Positions 1 to 12,480 of a DNA stretch of 64,000 bases are shown piece after piece. Where the stretch lies: positions 15,748,001-15,812,000 of the forward strand of contig OZ024740.1 in the NCBI GenBank assembly GCA_964016885.1, in the 5' to 3' direction. Numbering within the stretch: position 1 is the stretch's first letter; every line of letters starts with the position of its first letter. The notes beneath the pieces were generated by a model that was not told the origin of the DNA, made no database searches, and was given only the letters and a program-made list of their open reading frames with translations. The stretch is from Eledone cirrhosa. Lineage: Eukaryota. The translations under genes were made by a program, and so were the position numbers.

Positions 1-110
1 GTATATTGAATATACAAAAGACACAATGTAATATCATAGAGTATATATAGGCCTTAATATATACACTCTCACAACATAATATATATACACTATATATAGG
101 GCTAGATACA
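1..110. repeat. Dispersed repeat, inverted copy of 19023-19133
   Basis: Bases 1-110 are the near-exact reverse complement of 19023-19133; both copies abut a (CA)n/(TG)n tract. Confidence 0.85.
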
Positions 111-112
111 AT

Positions 113-117
113 CACAC

Positions 118-184
<67 letters not shown>

Positions 185-210
185 ACACACACACACACAT
201 ATATATATAT
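113..210. repeat. (CA)n/(TA)n microsatellite
   Basis: Read directly. Confidence 0.98.
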
Positions 211-450
211 TTCCAGGGGTCCGGGTATAATTTTCAATCATATTTTATTATTTGTTTGACCCGAATAGCTTGCTCGCTTCTATGACTTTGCGGATAATGG
301 TTTAACCATCGCCTCAGTGTGTTTCGCCTTTTAACATACGTTGTTGTTCTAGTTCACTAGTTTCTATGGAGCGCTTGCCACACATCTCAAAAGTTGTTTT
401 TCACTAATTTCCAATAGCCGAAATGCGATTCTCGCTAATTTATATTTAAT
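211..450 (+). repeat. Old dispersed repeat family A, copy 1
   Basis: Shares ordered motifs (tgacccgaa, ctcagtgtgtt, gagcgcttgcc, cgattctcgctaattt) with 11701-11955 and ~16945-17145. Confidence 0.75.
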
Positions 451-499
451 ATTTCAAGGGCAACCAAGACAACATTGGTACGCTTTCATCAGATGAAAT
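441..499 (-). ncRNA. Degenerate type I hammerhead ribozyme motif
   Basis: Minus strand reads atttcat-CTGATGA-aagcgtaccaa...ttggttgccctt-GAAA-tat; the 3' strand of stem I is poor. Related to the 8093/9971 motifs. Confidence 0.5.
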
Positions 500-631
500 A
501 CGAAGTTTGTTTTATAAATAGAGACATACCCATGAAAATCATACCTTATCGGTTGGAAATTCACTGGATAGTAAAATCAGTTATAAACATTTATATTTGT
601 CGGACTTCCAACAAATTAAATACCACTTCTA

Positions 632-632
<1 letters not shown>

Positions 633-712
<80 letters not shown>

Positions 713-857
713 ATATGTATGTATATGTGTATACACAAGTGTGTGCATGAACGTGTATGATTAAATATATACTAACACACAACTTAATATATATATGTGT
801 GTGTTTATGTATGTATGTGTATGTATGATTAAATATATACAAACACACAATTTTGTG

Positions 858-892
<35 letters not shown>

Positions 893-1366
893 ATAAAAAG
901 GAAAGATAGAGGGGGAGAGAGAGATGAGAGGGAGAGAGAGAAAGCAATTCATATAAATATACATAGATCCATATATGTGTCTATATATTGTGTGTATGTG
1001 TGTGTATCTATGTACCAATACATCTATGTATGTATGAATATGTGTATGTATGTATATATGAATGTATGTGTGTATGTGTGTATGCATGTATGTATCTATG
1101 AATGTATGTATGAATATGTATGTATGTATGTATGTATGTATCTATGAATGTATGTATGTATATATGTATATATATATGAATATGTATGTATATATGTATA
1201 TATGTATGTATGTATATATGTATATATGTATATATATATATATATGTATATATGTATATATGTATATATGTATGTTTTGCAAATATGTATGTATATATGT
1301 ATGTATATATGTATGTATATATGTATGTATATATGTATATATGTATGTATGTATATATGTATATAT
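633..1366. repeat. Compound (TA)n/(TG)n/(TATG)n microsatellite region
   Basis: Read directly; source of the YIYI/MYVC ORFs. Confidence 0.95.
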
Positions 1367-1697
1367 GTCAGGTCACCAATGATGTTGACTGGTTCTTCTT
1401 TTTGGTAAATATCATCTTGGTTAAGAGAGTGGGACTGGCTTTGTGCAGTGCCTTTGCTCACTATAAAAGCTTCACGGCACAGGCATTGCTTTATATCTGG
1501 AGATCTCTCTGCACTTGTCGTCACATGGTACCATGGGCCCAGCACTGTGTCAATAATTGTCACAGGTGTAGTGTTTGTACCAGAGTTTTCAAGTCGCTGA
1601 CTGGACTAAAAAGTCACTCGTTCAGCGCATCGGTAGGGGTTCTCCTACATGGATATAAAGTAGTGGTCGTACTCGAAAACGAGTTGGCAGCAACCAT
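1367..1697 (+). mobile_element. RTE-like non-autonomous element (family B), internally deleted copy
   Basis: The 5' end gtcaggtcacca is joined through cca microhomology to the 3' half of the 2758-3367 sequence. Ends in the ctcg-aaaa-cgag hairpin tail. Confidence 0.8.
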
Positions 1698-1714
1698 GTA
1701 TGTATCTATGTAAT

Positions 1715-1908
1715 GTCAGGTCACTCTTGAGTGCTACTGGTAACATGTAAACCAGTACAACCTGTCGCATGGTCGGGTCGTCGGCGGCTAAACTGGCAAC
1801 CCCACCAAGTTTACTTGGTAAGGAGGCTGACTTTGGACATCCTGCAGGACTAAAAACAAAACCTGACAAAGGGCGGAAGAACTGATAAGAGTCAACGGTC
1901 ATCCAAAA
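1715..1908 (+). mobile_element. Family B element, 5' fragment
   Basis: Diverged match to 2758-2950. Confidence 0.8.
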
Positions 1909-1970
1909 ATGTGTAAATATGTATATACACATGTACATATGTATGTGTATGTATGTGCGTGTGTATATGC

Positions 1971-2698
1971 CTGGGGTGTCATGGAGGGGCATGTACCTCT
2001 GTAGGGAGGGCTAGCCCTGCCCGTTTCAGGACAGCTCGTCCTGCATTGAGTCCCACCTGACAATCAGCTCTCACCTGTGGCCCCAAGAAGTTGTAGCATG
2101 CGACAGCTGCGCCACACCCTAGTAAACCGCCTTGGCTGGCGGGCCGAACCAGGTTGAGGGTAGCCGGACGGGTCTGAACCCCCCCCCCCCCCGGAGGTAG
2201 ATAGGGGACACCTACCCCTGCATGCGAAGACTGGACCCTGCGGAGTGAGTGGAGGAGGACAACATCGTCCCAACGGTCACAAAGGCGGTGACAGCAAGCG
2301 GTGTGGAGTGCAAGGGCACGGCAGGGCACTACAGACATCGTGGCCATCCACTGCAGCCAAGGAAGTCCCTGGTCGTGACGGTCCTCCGTACCACCGGATT
2401 CTGGCTTCTGCAGCCGAGTGAGTGGGACCGTCACTGTGCACTAGCCCTCTCACCCTAAACAGGTTTCTTCTTTAGCGTGCACTCCCAAAGCCCTGCGACG
2501 ATAGGCGAGAGGTGGAGGTAACAGGTGGAGGTAACCTCTGGGAGTTGCCAGTCTGACTCCGGTCTCTTCCCCTGCCCCTACTGTCCCCGGACCTGCAAGT
2601 CAAGGATCAGCCTCCACAGCCACCTTCATGCCCACGGCAGACGGGAACAACAATAAAGAAGATGTCATCATCGTTTACGATGGACAACCAAGAAAAAA
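1971..2698 (+). mobile_element. Non-autonomous RTE (BovB-clade-like) derivative: 5' UTR fused to 3' tail
   Basis: The GC-rich 5' part resembles RTE 5' UTRs as I recall them (ctctcacctgtggc...gccacaccc...ccaggttgagggta). The 3' end gtcatcatcgtttacgatggacaaccaagaa is an RTE-type stem-loop tail. No APE/RT coding sequence lies between them. Confidence 0.75.
1973..2160 (+). ncRNA. HDV-like self-cleaving ribozyme fold with extended J1/2 and L3
   Basis: P1 ggggtgt(1973-79)/acaccct(2114-20); P2 ctctcacctgt(2068-78)/accaggttgaggg(2148-60); P3 ggc(2079-81)/gcc(2111-13); P4 ccgcc/ggcgg(2127-42); J4/2 gccga. Confidence 0.65.
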
Positions 2699-2757
2699 TG
2701 TATCTATGTATGTATGTACATATGTATGTATGTATCTATGTATGTACATATGTATAT

Positions 2758-3367
2758 GTCAGGTCACCAGTTGGTGCTACTGGTAACATGTATCCCAGTG
2801 CAACCTGTCTCATGGTCGGGTCGTTGGCGACTAAACTGGCAACCCCACCAATGTTTCTTGGTGAGGAGGGTGACTGGACATCCTGCAGGACTAAAAACAA
2901 AACCTGTCAAAGGGCAAAAGAGCTCTTAAGAGTCAATGGCCATCCAAAATCACCGGGAGAGATGACCCCTTAGCCTTTGTCAAGGCAGAATTCTAGGAGA
3001 AGGAAAATTCTGATATAGCACCTGCAACCCTGATGGTATCCAATGATGTTGACTTGTTCTTCTTTTTGGTAAATATCATCTTGGTTAAGAGAGTGGGACT
3101 GGCTTTGTGCAGTGCCTTTCTCACTATAAAAGCTTCACGGCACAGGCATTGCTTTATATCTGGAGATCTCTCTGCACTTGTCGTCACATGGTACCATGGG
3201 CCCAGCACTATGTGTCAATAATTGTCACAGGTGTAGTGTTTGTACCAGAGTTTTCAAGTCGCTGACTGGACTAAAAAGTCACACTCGTTCAGCGTATCGG
3301 TAGGGGTTCTCCTACATGGATATAAAGTAGTGGCTGTACTCGAAAATGAGTTGGCAGCCACCACCAT
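2758..3367 (+). mobile_element. Family B RTE-like non-autonomous element, full ~610-bp copy
   Basis: Highly similar to 3432-4038 and 5282-5889. Contains a remnant C2H2 finger ([22 protein letters not shown]) and a 3' hairpin, then (TATG)n. Confidence 0.85.
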
Positions 3368-3431
3368 GTATGTATGTATGTATGTATGTATGTATGTATG
3401 TATGTATGTATGTATGTATGTATATCTATAT

Positions 3432-4038
3432 GTCAGGTCACCAGTTGGTGCTACTGGTAACATGTATCCCAGTACATCCTGTCTCATGGTCGGGTCGTTG
3501 GCGACTAAACTGGCAACCCCACCAAGGTTTCTTGGTGAGGAGGGTGACTGGACATCCTGCAGGACTAAAAACAAAACCTGTCAAAGGGCAAAGGAGCTCT
3601 TAAGAGTCAATGGCCATCCAGAATCACCGGGAGAGATGACCCCTTAGCCTTTGTCAAGGCAGAATTCTAGGAGAAGGAAAACTCTGATATAACACCTGCA
3701 ACTCTGATGGTGTCCAATGATGTTGACTTGTTCTTCTTTTTGGTAAATATCATCTTGGTTGAGAGAGTGGGACTGGCTTTGTGCAGTGCCTTTGCTCACT
3801 ATAAAAGCTTCACGGCACAGGCATTGCTTTATATCTGGAGATCTCTCTGCACTTGTCGTCACATGGTACCATGGGCCAAGCACTATGTGTCAATAATTGT
3901 CACAGGTGTAGTGTTTGTACCAGAGTTTTCAAGTCGCTGACTGGACTAAAAGTCACACTCGTTCAGCGTATCGGTAGGGGTTCTCCTACATGGATATAAA
4001 GTAGTGGCTGTACTCGAAAACGAGTTGGCAGCCACCAT
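3432..4038 (+). mobile_element. Family B element, tandem full copy
   Basis: Direct repeat of 2758-3367, separated from it by (TATG)n. Confidence 0.85.
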
Positions 4039-4153
4039 ATGTATATATATGTATGTATATATGTATGTATGTATGTATATGTATGTATGTATATATATGT
4101 ATATATATATATATGTATGTATATGTATGTATATATGTATGTATATCATCATC

Positions 4154-4348
4154 ACCTACGTCCAACATTTACAGAAATATATGAAAATTGATTCTTATGG
4201 CACCTGCCTACATAACAAAGATTTACCAAAGCATTTAGCTGATCCAATTGGTGGAATGTCTCATAAAGACTTTTACAGTCTTATTGCTAAATATAAGTTT
4301 GCTTTTTCAATGGAAAATGGAATTTGTGATGACTATATGACCAAGTAG
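4154..4348 (+). pseudogene. Alpha-1,3-fucosyltransferase (GT10, FUT10/11-like) coding fragment
   Basis: Translates as TYVQHLQKYMKIDSYGTCLHNKDLP...FYSLIAKYKFAFSMENGICDDYMT, matching the FUT10/11 pattern DSYGxCLxNxxLP...YKFxLxxENxxCxDYxTEK. It is truncated at both ends and has no clear splice acceptor. Confidence 0.88.
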
Positions 4349-4470
4349 GCAGTAAATTTTTTCAGTGCCCTGGAATTTAGTCCCCGCTAGCTTTGTTCCA
4401 TCCACTGAATTATTATTTTTATATGGGTTCCTAGTGTCCGCGCATTGCCTGGGAACTTAACCGAGAATAG

Positions 4471-4552
4471 ACTCCCTGATGACGTAAGGACTTCTCTATA
4501 GTTACATTACGTAACTATATTTATTCCCTTACAGAGACTAATTAGTTGGAGT
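4471..4552 (+). ncRNA. Type I hammerhead motif with core GAAA read as GTAA
   Basis: actcc-CTGATGA-cgtaa...ttac-GTAA-cta...ta-GTT-ggagt; stem I actcc/ggagt. Confidence 0.6.
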
Positions 4553-4728
4553 GAAAATTTTAGTAAGTAAGTTAATTTTTAATTTTTTAAATTTTCTTAT
4601 TTTACGTCTTTCATATAATTGTTCTGCATCCCCCTGCATAGAACCACAAAGGTACTAAGACATAACATATATATTTGCTAGCATGGGTATACATCTGTAT
4701 ACATATGTTGGTAGATATACTAATTCTC

Positions 4729-4766
4729 TGTATATATATATGTATATATATATATGTATATATATG

Positions 4767-4819
<53 letters not shown>

Positions 4820-5197
4820 GTGTGTATGTATGTATGTATATATATATATATGTATGTATATATGTATATATATATATATGTATATATGTATATATATATA
4901 TATGTATGTATATATGTATATATATATATGTATATATATATGTATGTATATATGTGTATATATATGTATGTATATATGTATATGTGTATGTATGTATATA
5001 TGTATATATATATATATATATGTATGTATATATGTATATATATATGTATGTATATATGTATATATATGTATGTATATATGTATATATATATGTGTGTGTA
5101 TGTATGTATATATATATATGTATGTATATATATATATATATGTATGTATGTATATATATATGTATATATATATATATATGTATATATATACATACAT

Positions 5198-5281
<84 letters not shown>
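4729..5281. repeat. (TA)n/(TATG)n microsatellite
   Basis: Read directly. Confidence 0.97.
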
Positions 5282-5283
<2 letters not shown>

Positions 5284-5889
5284 GGTTGCTGCCAACTCGT
5301 TTTCGAGTACGGCCACTACTTTATATCCATGTAGGAGAACCCCTACCGATGCGCTGAATGAGTGTGACTTTTTAGTCCAGCCAGCGACTTGAAAACTCTG
5401 GTAAAAACACTACACTTGTGACAATTATTGACACATAGTGCTGGGCTCATGGTACCATGTGACGACATGTGCAGAGAGATCTCCAGATATAAAGCAATGC
5501 CTGTGCCGTGAAGCTTTTATAGTGAGCAAAGGCACTGCACAAAGCCAGTCCCACTCTCTTAACCAAGATGATATTTACCAAAAAGAAGAACAAGTCAACA
5601 TCATTGGATACCATCAGGGTTGCAGGTGCTATATCAGAATTTTTCTTCTCCTAGAATTTTGCCTTGACAAAGGCTAAGGGGTCATCTCTCCCGGTGATTT
5701 TGGATGGCCATTGACTCTTAAGAGCTCCTTTGCCCTTTGACAGGTTTTGTTTTTAGTCCTGCAGGATGTCCAGTCACCCTCCTCACCAAGAAACCTTGGT
5801 GGGATTGCCAGTTTAGTCGCCAACGACCCGACCATGAGACAGGTTGTACTGGGATACATGTTACCAGTAGCACCAACTGGTGACCTGAC
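5282..5889 (-). mobile_element. Family B element, full copy in reverse orientation
   Basis: Reverse complement of 2758-3367. Confidence 0.88.
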
Positions 5890-6352
5890 AAACATATATA
5901 TATACATACATATATATATATATATACATATATGTAGATAAATCTACATATATGTAGATAAATCTACATATATGTAGATAAATCTTATGTATGTATATAT
6001 TTATGTGTATGTATGTATGTGTATGTATGTATGTATATATATATATATATATATATGTATATGTATATATATATATGTATATTATTCTTTATTATTATAA
6101 TATAACTTATGTGTATGTGTGTATAAGTGAGGTTGTGTATGTATATATAATATATGTATATATAAGAGTAATAAAATATATATATATATATATATATGTG
6201 CATGTCTGTTTTTTATGTGTGTGTATATATATGTATATATGTATATATATATATATATATATACGTGTGTGTATATGGATATATATATATATATATATAC
6301 ATGTGGGTGTTTGTATGTGTATTTATGGTGGTTTGAGTGTGTGGATATATAT

Positions 6353-6389
<37 letters not shown>

Positions 6390-6395
6390 AATCTA

Positions 6396-6450
<55 letters not shown>

Positions 6451-6484
6451 ATATGTGTGTGTATGTATATTTATATATGTGTAT

Positions 6485-6520
<36 letters not shown>

Positions 6521-6913
6521 CTATTAATGCGTGTGTGTATGTATATACATATGCCTTTTAATTATTATTTTTATTTGTATGTCTGAGTTTGGTGAGGTTG
6601 TATTGTTTTTTATGTATATACACATATATGGAAGCGTATGTATTTATATATATGAGTATAAGTAGGTGCATATATATGTATGATTATATATCTAATTCTA
6701 TGTATGAAGGTACATCTATATATATATATATATACGTGTGTATGTAAGCTGTGTGTGTATGTATCTATATGTCTATGTGAGTGTATATATATATATATAT
6801 GTATATGTATATATATATGTATATCGATGTGCGTATATGTATGTACATGTATGTACATATATGTGTATATGTATGTGTATGCATATTTAGATGTATGTGT
6901 ATGTATATGTATA

Positions 6914-6962
<49 letters not shown>

Positions 6963-7260
6963 ATATATATATATATATGGATATATATCTTTATTATCTA
7001 TTTTTTATATATATGTGTATGTATGTATGTGTTGCGCGTATGTGTGTGTATATATATATCTTTTTATATGTGTATGTGTATGTTCGTGTAAGTGTATGTG
7101 TGTGTATGACTGTATATGTATGTGTGTATGTGTGTATGCGTAAATATCTCTATGTGCGCGTACATGTATGTATGTGTATATATATCTGTATGTGTATGTA
7201 TATTATTTTATATTTATTATATTTTATTGTTTTATTTTTTTTTATTTTTCTTAATTTATA
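5890..7260. repeat. Degenerate TA/TG low-complexity tract
   Basis: Read directly; includes a short tandem of aaatctacatatatgtagat at ~5930-5985. Confidence 0.9.
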
Positions 7261-7784
7261 GATACATTTACATTAGGCAGTCTGCTCAGACAATTGAATA
7301 CTGACCCCTCCCCCCCCTCCCACCTAATTTCTGTATCTTGATCTTGAAATGTGTGTGCCAGTGTTTTATGTGAGTGACTTAATTTCTATGTGCTTATGAT
7401 TTTATATCCACATATATAAATGTGAGTGGGGGAGTGTGTGTGTTTGTATGTTCGTGGTTATGTGTATATTTATGCATATACGCGCATGTATGTGTGATTA
7501 TACTGATATGTGTGAGTATGAAAAAATATATTTATATGCTTGACTCCATAAGTATCAATGCGCATCTTATCAGCGCATTAAGCTTACAGAGATATTAACC
7601 TTGAAATTTTGTGTTTGCATCCATCTTTTTAATATGCGTATACAAATTATACACACATTTTTGTAAAATATGTGTAAGGATTTTACATGTATATACACAC
7701 ACCGAACTGCTTTTAACCCTTTGTGTTTTCATTGGTCAATTTTGAACTGATATTTTGAATTGTTGTTATTATCAATAAATATAC

Positions 7785-7939
7785 TTCATTATTTCTGAAG
7801 ACGGCGTATATATGTGTTAGGTATGTATATTTAATCTTGATAATTTGTATAATTTTGTATAATTTTGTACATAGATCTGTCGAATATGCATACCAATTAT
7901 AACACATATATACCCTAGAAACGATCGTTAAATAATGAA
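7785..7939 (+). ncRNA. Type I hammerhead ribozyme with long stem II
   Basis: ttcattattt-CTGAAGA-(gtatatatgtgtta...taacacatatatac)-GAAA-cgatcg-TT-aaataatgaa; perfect 10-bp stem I and palindromic stem III. Confidence 0.8.
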
Positions 7940-8092
7940 TTTTTTTATTTAATATAAGGAATTGTTTATTCATTATTTGTTTAATATTTTATATATACAT
8001 ATATATATATATACATATATATATATACATATATATATACATATATATATACGATATTAATAAAAGGAAACTATATTTATAAAACCATATTT

Positions 8093-8155
8093 ATATCATT
8101 ATACATATTTCAGGGATACCAAATTAAATTATGGTATGCCTTCATCAGACAAAAT
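8093..8155 (-). ncRNA. Minimal type I hammerhead ribozyme
   Basis: Minus strand: attttgt-CTGATGA-aggcatacc..ggtatccct-GAAA-tatgta-TA-atgatat. Confidence 0.75.
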
Positions 8156-8751
8156 ACAATATATAACAGTTTTACAAATAAGCTTTGACGTACCCTATTA
8201 AAATGCAACCATTATTTTTGGAAGCCATCCGGATAGTGAGTTGTTTATATTATTTTAATAAGTCATAGTGTTAAGGACAATTAGAAAAAGACGGAGAGAA
8301 AGAAAAAGTCGGACAGAGAGAAAGAAAAAAACGTGGAGAAGTATCAGAGAGAGAGATGCATGGAGAAAAAAGAAAGAGATAAATAAAGACAGGAGGAAAG
8401 AAAGAAAAAAGGAAGAAATAAGAAATAAGAAAAACAGAGGAAAGCTACAGAGAGATATTAACTCATCAGACAGATAGGAAAACTCAAGAGAGAGAAATAT
8501 TATATATATAGAGGGGGAAATAATGAAAATTTTACGTCATGTCATATTAAGTTGAGTTAACAATTTATATGAAATGAATAATAAAAATATAAATATTAAT
8601 ATTCATGAATGGGACATAAATATATAATATGAGAAATTAAACATTGTTCAATAATGACTACATGTTTAGTTTAAAACTTGAGATCAATATACCAAAATTT
8701 GGGTTTAATCAACCAAAATGCTAGAGAAATCAGTATCTTAGGCAAAGACAC

Positions 8752-8797
<46 letters not shown>

Positions 8798-9327
8798 GTC
8801 CTGAAAATATATTTACTCAAATATAATTGTATTTCCAAAATATAATCCTTTGGTATTTTAAATTTATATTGTTATAATTATATTTCCAAAGTATAATCCT
8901 TAGTAATATATTGATATTTGATTATCTCTATACAAATGTGTATGTGTATTAACATGCATATAAAAGTGTTATAGGTTTTTTATGATTGTATATATGTCTA
9001 TGTATACATGAGCGATGCGTGAAGACGCACGCAAATATTTATTTATACATATATATGTGTGTATATATATATGTATATCTATGTCTGTGGGTAAGAGATA
9101 TGTTGCTTAACCACGCAGTTTTGATTGCAGATATGCATAATTTTAACAGAATGGTAAATGCATGAATGGTAATCGTATATATGAAGACAGGAATGTTAAT
9201 CGTATATATTTATGTATATATACTGTAAACTTTTATATAACACAAGGAATGTATAGCAGTGATTAAGAGAAATCGTCTGCGTTTTATATGTCTATATTGT
9301 TGACTTGAGTAAATATATTTTCAGGAC

Positions 9328-9371
<44 letters not shown>

Positions 9372-9970
9372 GTGTCTTTGCCTAAGATACTGATTTCTCT
9401 AGCATTTTGGTTGATTAAACCCAAATTTTGGTATATTGATCTCAAGTTTTAAACTAAACATGTAGTCATTATTGAACAATGTTTCATTTCTCATATTATA
9501 TATTTATGTCCCATTCATGAATATTAATATTTATATTTTTATTATTCATTTCATATAAATTGTTAACTCAACTTAAAATGACATGACGTAAAATTTTCAT
9601 TATTTCCCCCTCTATATATATAATATTTCTCTCTCTTGAGTTTTCCTATCTGTCTGATGAGTTAATATCTCTCTGTAGCTTTCCTCTGTTTTTCTTATTT
9701 CTTATTTCTTCCTTTTTTCTTTCTTTCCTCCTGTCTTTATTTATCTCTTTCTTTTTTCTCCATGCATCTCTCTCTCTCTGATACTTCTCCACGTTTTTTT
9801 CTTTCTCTCTGTCCGACTTTTTCTTTCTCTCCGTCTTTTTTCTAATTGTCCTTAACACTATGACTTATTAAAATAATATAAACAACTCACTATCCGGATG
9901 GCTTCCAAAAATAATGGTTGCATTTTAATAGGGTACGTCAAAGCTTATTTGTAAAACTGTTATATATTGT

Positions 9971-10028
9971 ATTTTGTCTGATGAAGGCATACCATAATTT
10001 AATATCCCTGAAATATGTATAATGAAAT
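9971..10028 (+). ncRNA. Minimal type I hammerhead ribozyme, inverted twin of 8093-8155
   Basis: attttgt-CTGATGA-agg...ccct-GAAA-tatgta-TA-atgaaat; small deletion in stem II. Confidence 0.7.
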
Positions 10029-10071
10029 AAATATGGTTTTATAAATATAGTTTCCATTTATTAATATCGTA

Positions 10072-10737
<666 letters not shown>

Positions 10738-11148
10738 CCGGGAGAGATGACCCTTTAGCCTTTGTTAGGGCAGAATTCTAGGAGAAGCAAAACTCTGATA
10801 TAACACCTGTAACCCTGATGGTATCCAATGATGTTGACTTGTTCTTCTCTTTGGTAAATATCATCTTGGTTAAGAGAGTGGGACTGGCTTTGTGCAGTGC
10901 CTTTGCTCACTATAAAAGCTTCACGGCACAGGCATTGGTTTATATCTGGAGATCTCTGCACTTGTCGTCACATGGTACCAAGGGCCCAGCACTATGTGAC
11001 AATAATTGTCACAGGTGTAGTGTTTGTACCAGAGTTTTCAAGTCGCTGGCTGGACTAAAAAGTCACACTCGTTCAGCGCATCGGTAGAGGTTCTCCTACA
11101 TGGATATAAAGTAGTGGCCGTACTCGAAAACGATTTGGCAGCCACCAT
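10738..11148 (+). mobile_element. Family B element, 5'-truncated copy
   Basis: Matches 2952-3367 with an intact 3' tail; C2H2 remnant [22 protein letters not shown]. Confidence 0.85.
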
Positions 11149-11151
11149 ATC

Positions 11152-11390
11152 CTCATCATCATCATTTCATTTTACGTCCGCTTTTTCCCTGCTTGCAAGG
11201 GTGGTACGGGAACTGATTCTGGCCCTATTTCTACAGCTGGATGCCCTTCCTAACACCAACCTCATTTACAGTGAGTGCTGAGTGCTTTTTTGCCGTGGTA
11301 CCTCCACGACCTCTTTGCAGTGGAATGATATAGACCCCAGTCGCTATCAAATCCTTTCTGCAGCTGAGTGAACTGGAGCAATGTGAAACT
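11152..11390 (-). mobile_element. SINE-like fragments
   Basis: (cat)n tail plus acgtccgctttttcc...ggatgcccttcctaacaccaacc and cagctgagtgaactggagcaatgtgaaa resemble cephalopod SINE sequences as I recall them. Confidence 0.55.
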
Positions 11391-11700
11391 ATTCTATTGA
11401 CTGCCGAATAGCTTTGTTATATTTAACCACTCTGTCGAGAGCTTTATTCGATTTGTGATATTTTGCATTCTCGCAATATTATACACAACTGAATTCATTC
11501 GCCTAATATAGGTGTTGCCTCCCTTGCTGAACCCCACGTGGGGTCAGTTACAGACACATCTATGTGGACTTTCGAACTGAATCCCGTTGACAACGCGTAC
11601 TCCCAGTTCAGTCAGGATACAAGAAACTTAACATCCTTTATGTAAGTGGACAGTAAATGACTTATGGAGCCACAGAAACCCCAATACTGGACCTTTCCAT

Positions 11701-11955
11701 CATTCCAGAGGTCCGGGTAAGCTTTCAACCATTTATATTTTTATATATTTTTATATCTGTATATGTGTTTGACCCGAAATAGGAGATCGAATCTTCGCTG
11801 TGCGGTTGATTAGTTTAACCACCATCTCAGTGTGTTTGGCCTTTAACGTAAGTTGTAAGCTCTAATTCATATGAATTATAGAGCGCTTGCCTCACAACTC
11901 GAAAGTGATTCTCGTTAATTCTTGGGCTGAAATTCGATTCTCGCTAATTTTTACT
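11701..11955 (+). repeat. Repeat family A, copy 2
   Basis: Colinear similarity with 211-450. Confidence 0.72.
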
Positions 11956-12027
11956 TATATATATATATGTACAGATACATATATATATACGTGTGAGAAA
12001 AACCACAGACCCTCCATCTCAACTCTA

Positions 12028-12064
12028 CTTTTGAAAAGCAGATGAACTGCGAAACCGGTAAAGG
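12028..12064 (+). ncRNA. Minimal hammerhead variant
   Basis: ctt-TTGAAAA-gcag atgaa ctgc-GAAA-ccgg-TA-aagg; non-canonical core, palindromic stem III. Confidence 0.55.
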
Positions 12065-12198
12065 AACCAAATAAATATATATATATTTTTTAAAATAAGA
12101 CTCCAGTTGCATTTTCGATTTCATCTTTTTTTCTTTATACTTTCACTCGTGTAGGACACCTCGGCTATTTTTTATTTTGTAAAAAAACCTCATTTCTA

Positions 12199-12357
<159 letters not shown>

Positions 12358-12480
12358 GTATGTATGTATGTATATATAAGTATTTAAGTTTCCGTTGAAA
12401 ATTGAAAAAGTCATAGGAGTGAAGAGTGCTCTATGTAAGTACCAGAGCAAAATTTAATGTATAATAAACAGTACAATATA

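Larger units (their letters stand above)
8048..10074. repeat. Long inverted repeat (arms 8048-8820 and 9305-10074, spacer ~480 bp), probable Penelope-like pLTR duplication
   Basis: The arms are near-identical reverse complements; each has a hammerhead near its outer end; flanked by (TA)n. Confidence 0.92.

Noticed and set aside
2758-2850. HDV-like ribozyme at the 5' end of family B
   Set aside because: ccagt/actgg pairing and a ctaa motif are suggestive, but I could not assign a consistent P1, P3 and P1.1.
4420-4460. Continuation of the FUT fragment (YMG-S-PSVR-like)
   Set aside because: It needs a frameshift, the intervening EKLWRP segment is missing, and the match is too short to exclude chance.
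9654-9700. CTGATGAG motif as a second hammerhead in the inverted arms
   Set aside because: No downstream stem II or GAAA is present.
8268-9858. Lys/Arg-rich ORFs at 8268-8477 and 9646-9858
   Set aside because: They are purine-rich low-complexity sequence inside the inverted repeat, and the reading frames differ between arms.
11000-11087. Host C2H2 zinc-finger gene
   Set aside because: It is a single finger inside a multi-copy element, frameshifted in other copies, and best explained as a LINE C-terminal remnant.
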